From an uncultured Solibacteraceae bacterium (lineage in GTDB: Bacteria > Acidobacteriota > Holophagae > Holophagales > Holophagaceae): DNA of 64,000 bases. Under the pieces are notes generated by a model, which did no database searches, had not been told where the DNA came from, and saw only the letters and a program-made list of their open reading frames with translations. Shown here piece after piece: positions 60,724 through 64,000 of this stretch. Both the position numbers and the translations under genes were made by a program. The stretch is taken from positions 29,866 to 93,865 of the forward strand of contig CAZPUI010000001.1 in NCBI GenBank assembly GCA_964589695.1. Reading direction: 5' to 3'. The first letter of the stretch is position 1. Every line of letters begins with the position of its first letter.

Positions 60724-61383
60724 ATGGCAATCGATCCTCGCTCCCGTCTCGCAGCCACTCTGAAAGAGGTCCCGAACCGTGCAGACAGGGCCTCGACCGG
60801 GTTCTTGAGCTTCGCACGACGTCAAGACCCAGAACCTCCGCCACCAATGCCAACCGAGATACCCGAGGAACAACGGGAAATACCCACGGTTGACATTGTG
60901 TCCATGCAACGCAGCGAGCACCCTGTGAACCAGGCGCCTCTCCCCGTGCTGCAATCAACCGAGAAGGGGAAGGGTACTTCCACTTTGGCCAAACTGGCGA
61001 GTGGGCGGGACCTGGCCAAAGAGACCGGCGGGACCAAACGTAGCATCATCTTCGACACCGAAGTTTGGTCATTCCTGAGGACCCTGATGATCAAGCAGTC
61101 CGCTGCCCAAAAGCGCAGGGTCACGCTCACTAGCATCATCCACGAGGGACTGAAAAATCCGCTTGATCCCGAAACTGCCCGCGCCGGCAAAGAGTTGCTG
61201 ACCCAGCGGCACCGCCTATATGGGACAGTCTCTACCAACGTGATCATCCCTGATTCGCTGCTGGAGGCCATGCAGCGTGAAGTGGAAGCCTACACCACCA
61301 CCAGAACAATGCTAAGCATTGGTGCTGTGGCAGAACTCCGGGTTGCGTCGTGGGCTGTCCAGCACCCGCTGTGGCCTACTTAA
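60724..61383 (+). CDS. Putative centromere-binding protein with two ribbon-helix-helix-like repeats (ParG/CopG style); inference
   Basis: It starts 11 nt after the parA stop. The N-terminal half looks disordered. It is followed by KRSIIFDTEVWSFLRTLMIKQSAAQKRRVTLTSIIHEGL and STNVIIPDSLLEAMQREVEAY...SIGAVAELRVASWAV (beta-alpha-alpha pattern twice). Confidence 0.45.
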   Translation: MAIDPRSRLAATLKEVPNRADRASTGFLSFARRQDPEPPPPMPTEIPEEQREIPTVDIVSMQRSEHPVNQAPLPVLQSTEKGKGTSTLAKLASGRDLAKETGGTKRSIIFDTEVWSFLRTLMIKQSAAQKRRVTLTSIIHEGLKNPLDPETARAGKELLTQRHRLYGTVSTNVIIPDSLLEAMQREVEAYTTTRTMLSIGAVAELRVASWAVQHPLWPT

Positions 61384-61810
61384 TCTGCGAGCGCACCCAG
61401 TCAGAGACGAGCGCCGTAATGGTCGATCCCCTTCTGGCAGCCAGGTGTCTCAGTGGCTGCACGATGTTCCATAGATTCCAGGATTCCTGAAGAATTTGTT
61501 GGGATGAGATTCCCAGCTCAAAAGCATTTTCTTTCAAAGTCCTGTGATCCTGCTCTTGCATTCGGAAGATAACGCCAACTGGTTTTTTCTTAGCCTGGTT
61601 TAATTTAGAAGTGTTTTCAATGGTTCTTTGGACCAATTGAGATACGATATTTGGGTTTTTTAATGGATCATATTCCTCACTGTTGAAAGTTGTTTCGGTA
61701 TCATCTGCTCCAACAACACCCTGCATGCTCGCGAGCAGGGCTTTGATGGATTCTGGATCTGATACTGGATCCTTGAGGCTTTGTTTTGGTTTTCTATTCG
61801 ACGCAGCCAA
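61376..61810 (-). CDS. Putative ribbon-helix-helix centromere-binding protein (partner of the ParA at 61794..62483)
   Basis: 144 aa. The start overlaps the parA stop by 17 nt. KKPVGVIFRMQEQDHRTLKENAFELGISSQQILQES fits an RHH beta-alpha-alpha pattern. Confidence 0.5.
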   Translation of the reverse strand: MAASNRKPKQSLKDPVSDPESIKALLASMQGVVGADDTETTFNSEEYDPLKNPNIVSQLVQRTIENTSKLNQAKKKPVGVIFRMQEQDHRTLKENAFELGISSQQILQESWNLWNIVQPLRHLAARRGSTITALVSDWVRSQIK

Positions 61811-62483
61811 GGATAATCTCCTTCACAAACTTGGAGTGATTGTGCGATGGGCTATATTCCCAAATGGCGAGACCGTTAAGGATTGCTTCTCCAAATTTTT
61901 CGCTATGCAGGATTTCTCCTAGGTAGGCGACGTTCTTTTTATATACCAGGGCGTCTTTGATAATTCTGCCCATCTTTGTAGTTCTAAAATCCGTGAGTAG
62001 TGACCTTGAAACGAGCAACCTTACGCTAAGTCTCCTTCTTTGTTCGTTGACGACCCAAAGGATCTGCTCGAGTGGGCCGAAGGATTCCATCTCTGTGTGA
62101 CCCAGGCGTATTGGGTGGATGGCCACATCACTTATGGTTAGGGCTGTCGCGAACTCTTCCCCGGAAGTTGGATTGGTGTCGATTACCACATCCTCGAAGT
62201 TTGCTCGACACTGCAGCACGGTACTTTCCAGGTGTTCTCGCGATTGAACCTGTACGAAAGGAATTTCTGGAATGTTCAGTTCGGGATGAAGCTTCCTGTA
62301 TTCCTCTCTCCTCCGGAAGAGACGGGACCCTTGACTGCCCTTCACATCCGAGTCCAGAAATAGTACGTCTCTGCCTTCAGCGGCCAGAAGCGCTGCCATT
62401 GATATGGCTGTACATGTCTTTCCTGTTCCACCCTTGAGATGGGCTACCACGTAGACCCTAGACTGTTTTCGATCGCGGACCAT
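61794..62483 (-). CDS. parA: ParA-family partition ATPase (small, 229 aa, type Ib-like)
   Basis: The deviant Walker A is VVAHLKGGTGKTCTAISMA. Other motifs are VLFLDSDVKG and VVIDTNPTSG. Moderately AT-rich. Confidence 0.8.
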   Translation of the reverse strand: MVRDRKQSRVYVVAHLKGGTGKTCTAISMAALLAAEGRDVLFLDSDVKGSQGSRLFRRREEYRKLHPELNIPEIPFVQVQSREHLESTVLQCRANFEDVVIDTNPTSGEEFATALTISDVAIHPIRLGHTEMESFGPLEQILWVVNEQRRRLSVRLLVSRSLLTDFRTTKMGRIIKDALVYKKNVAYLGEILHSEKFGEAILNGLAIWEYSPSHNHSKFVKEIILGCVE

Positions 62484-62532
62484 TCGCTGAGTATGGCAGG
62501 CATTGCGTTGGAGATGAAACCAAAGTTGCTAT

Positions 62533-62568
62533 CATGCTATCATGCTAGCTTGTTAGCATGATAGCATG
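62533..62568. repeat. 15-bp perfect inverted repeat CATGCTATCATGCTA-(GCTTGT)-TAGCATGATAGCATG upstream of the small parA operon (candidate operator / centromere-like site)
   Basis: The arms are 62533..62547 and 62554..62568. Each arm is itself a direct repeat of the ATCATGCT unit. It lies 50-85 nt upstream of ATG 62483. Confidence 0.8.
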
Positions 62569-62723
62569 CTACTACTATTTCTCAAACGGTGGAGGTTACC
62601 CATGGACCCCAGTTCAGACCTGGGATACCGTCACCTCAACGGACCTACCAGATCTCCATCTTTTAGGAGTTGTTCTTTGTTCGCCTTGCCTTCGGCTTGT
62701 TCAAATTTCCCTTCTCAGAGTCT

Positions 62724-62736
62724 CCGGAAAATCCGC
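62724..62736 (+). promoter_or_regulatory. Element-wide upstream motif, copy 10; the only + strand copy (CCGGAAAATCCGC)
   Basis: It reads in sense orientation on the + strand, 135 nt upstream of the ATG (62871) of the right-edge ORF. Confidence 0.55.
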
Positions 62737-62870
62737 TGGCCTCACAGTTTCCCATGGGTGCTCCCAAATATTGGGTATGGCTCGCAAGAATTCTGCTTGA
62801 TCTAGGTTCTATGTCGTTTTGCCTAATCCTCATTTCTATCAAGGGTTAGGGTCTTCCTGGGGGCCCCTCT

Positions 62871-64000
62871 ATGTGTACACAACCAGAAGGCCAGACCAGG
62901 AGAAGCCTCCGCGATCTTGTGTTCGGGAGCCTCTCTGAGGCTGGCTTGGTTGATCTCGCAACCATTACCCCTCGCTCGCCATACCTTCTACCACTTCCCT
63001 GTGTCTGGCCACTTCCACGCAACTTCGCCTGGCGTTTCTGGATTCACGGTGCCCCGCAGGAGACCCTCACAGCTCTGGGCATTGACCCCTTCCAGCAGTC
63101 ACAGATCCAATCGTTGGCACCATCTGCCCTCGATGAGAAGCTCTACCATCTCTGGGAGTTAATGGGGGAGCGCTTCAACCTCGGGAACGCCTATGGTGTG
63201 AGCTATCAGCGGGAGACACTCCCCGAAGGTCTCTCTTCAGCAATTCTCCAGCGCTTCCTCGAGTTTGTGTACGATCAATTGGCCATTTTGGATGCCGATC
63301 GGATAAGGGATCTCCTTGAGGGGGACCTGTGTATTAAGTTGCGTATTCCTAGTCATTTTCAACTTCAAAATGAAATCGGAGTTCGCGGTAAGAACATATT
63401 GCTTCAGATATTATCTCTAGGCGGTGTCTTAATTCCACAACAGATATCAAGCATTAGGACATTCCACGAGGATCAGGAATTTGTCTCTTGCAATTTTTCT
63501 AGCACAGTTGTAGGGACAGAACATTACTTCAACCATGACAAACGCTACAAACACGATAAGGTAATATCGCTACCAAAGCACACTTTGGCTTATGCATGGG
63601 GAATGCGTTACGTTATGGCGCACAGGTGCAACGTTAACCCAGCATCTGATGATGCTGTTAATACTGTAACGAAAATATCTAAATGGCTACGAACGTTACC
63701 TGATACTGAAAGGCGACTCGCTCGTCATATCATTCTATCCCCTGGAAGTAATGGTTCCTTCGCCTACCTAAGCGACCCATACTGGGCGTACCAAGTCACT
63801 GGCATCACCATTTGCTCTAATGCCTTCACAAGATCTAGTGCAACCGACATGGCCAGTTTTAGGAAACAAATTATCCGTTCCATGGCCATCATAACTGAAT
63901 CATTACCCAATATCGAAATAATTGCCATTACTCAGATTGTATCAGACGCCGTAAAGGACATACTCTCAGCCCTGTCCTCTCGGCACTCCAAGCCTGAAAC
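62871..64000 (+). CDS. Hypothetical protein, N-terminal ~376 codons only (runs off the right window edge)
   Basis: Absent from the ORF track because no stop lies inside the window. An in-frame TAG is at 62847 and the first ATG is at 62871. Hand translation MCTQPEGQTRRSLRDLVFGSLSEAGLVDLATITPRSPYLLPLPCVWPLPRNFAWRFWIHGAPQETLTALG...ILSALSSRHSKPE stays open to nt 64000. The second half becomes AT-rich. No domain recognised. Confidence 0.55.
   Translation, partial: MCTQPEGQTRRSLRDLVFGSLSEAGLVDLATITPRSPYLLPLPCVWPLPRNFAWRFWIHGAPQETLTALGIDPFQQSQIQSLAPSALDEKLYHLWELMGERFNLGNAYGVSYQRETLPEGLSSAILQRFLEFVYDQLAILDADRIRDLLEGDLCIKLRIPSHFQLQNEIGVRGKNILLQILSLGGVLIPQQISSIRTFHEDQEFVSCNFSSTVVGTEHYFNHDKRYKHDKVISLPKHTLAYAWGMRYVMAHRCNVNPASDDAVNTVTKISKWLRTLPDTERRLARHIILSPGSNGSFAYLSDPYWAYQVTGITICSNAFTRSSATDMASFRKQIIRSMAIITESLPNIEIIAITQIVSDAVKDILSALSSRHSKPE

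Noticed and set aside
61152-61162. An eleventh motif-like copy, GAAAAATCCGC, on the + strand.
   Set aside because: It lies inside the coding sequence of the RHH-like gene (60724..61383), and no + strand gene lies downstream. I treat it as a chance or non-functional match unless TSS data say otherwise.
62602-62805. A small + ORF (67 aa from ATG 62602) with a good GGAGG RBS, in the gap upstream of the right-edge ORF.
   Set aside because: The translation (MDPSSDLGYRHLNGPTRSPSFRSCSLFALPSACSNFPSQ...) is Ser/Pro/Cys-rich with almost no acidic residues. It would also run through the regulatory motif. I judge it more likely non-coding leader or promoter DNA.
1-64000. A search for CRISPR arrays, rRNA/tRNA genes, IS elements/transposases, integrases and replication initiators.
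   Set aside because: I saw no regularly spaced short repeats, no cloverleaf-like or rRNA-like conserved stretches, and no DDE, tyrosine-recombinase or serine-recombinase motifs. Eye-scanning is insensitive here, so tRNAscan-SE, ISEScan and HMM searches should confirm.

Overview
This window reads as part of a high-GC conjugative element, either a plasmid or an ICE. I recognise no integrase, replication initiator or relaxase in it, so that choice stays open. The host appears to be a diderm bacterium. About 90% of the coding sequence is on the minus strand.

**Type IV secretion system (T4SS), in three blocks**
- Block 1 (31335 down to 9303): virB2-like pilin, virB3-like, virB4, then four ~500-aa secreted proteins. 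An inverted XRE regulator gene follows, then a fifth ~500-aa secreted protein, three tandem virB6 paralogs, virB8 and virB9. The block ends with a bitopic coiled-coil protein, virB10, a small OM beta-barrel and an Ig-repeat lipoprotein.
- Block 2 (42213 down to 34783): a coiled-coil membrane protein, a lipoprotein and virB11. Two secreted proteins lie in an AT-rich insert, followed by a Gly-rich small protein and a DprA-like + PRTase pair that resembles ShosTA.
- Block 3 (58436 down to 48635): an HU-like protein, several unknowns, and a 1729-aa VirD4/TraG-type coupling protein with a very large insertion.

**Other content**
- Two ParA-based partition modules with ribbon-helix-helix (RHH) partners.
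- A WGR-SWIM-AAA+ fusion ATPase with an HExxH partner that runs off the left edge.
- An acyltransferase-3 gene.
- A trio of Gly/Ala-rich tail-hydrophobic proteins.
- Visibly AT-richer cargo islets: an orphan 240-aa gene, an AlbA_2/Schlafen-type gene, a LytS/LytTR two-component cassette, and the right-edge ORF.

**Strongest non-genic signal**
A 13-nt motif (sense NNGGAAAATCCGC) occurs ten times. Every copy is intergenic and points the same way relative to the downstream gene, usually about 30 nt before the start codon. It heads essentially every transcription unit of the element backbone.

**Limits**
All domain calls come from motif recognition by eye, with no similarity search. Start codons are my best guesses from RBS position, operon overlap and signal-peptide logic. 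Two edge-truncated ORFs (1..1018 minus, 62871..64000 plus) are missing from the supplied ORF track; I translated them by hand.
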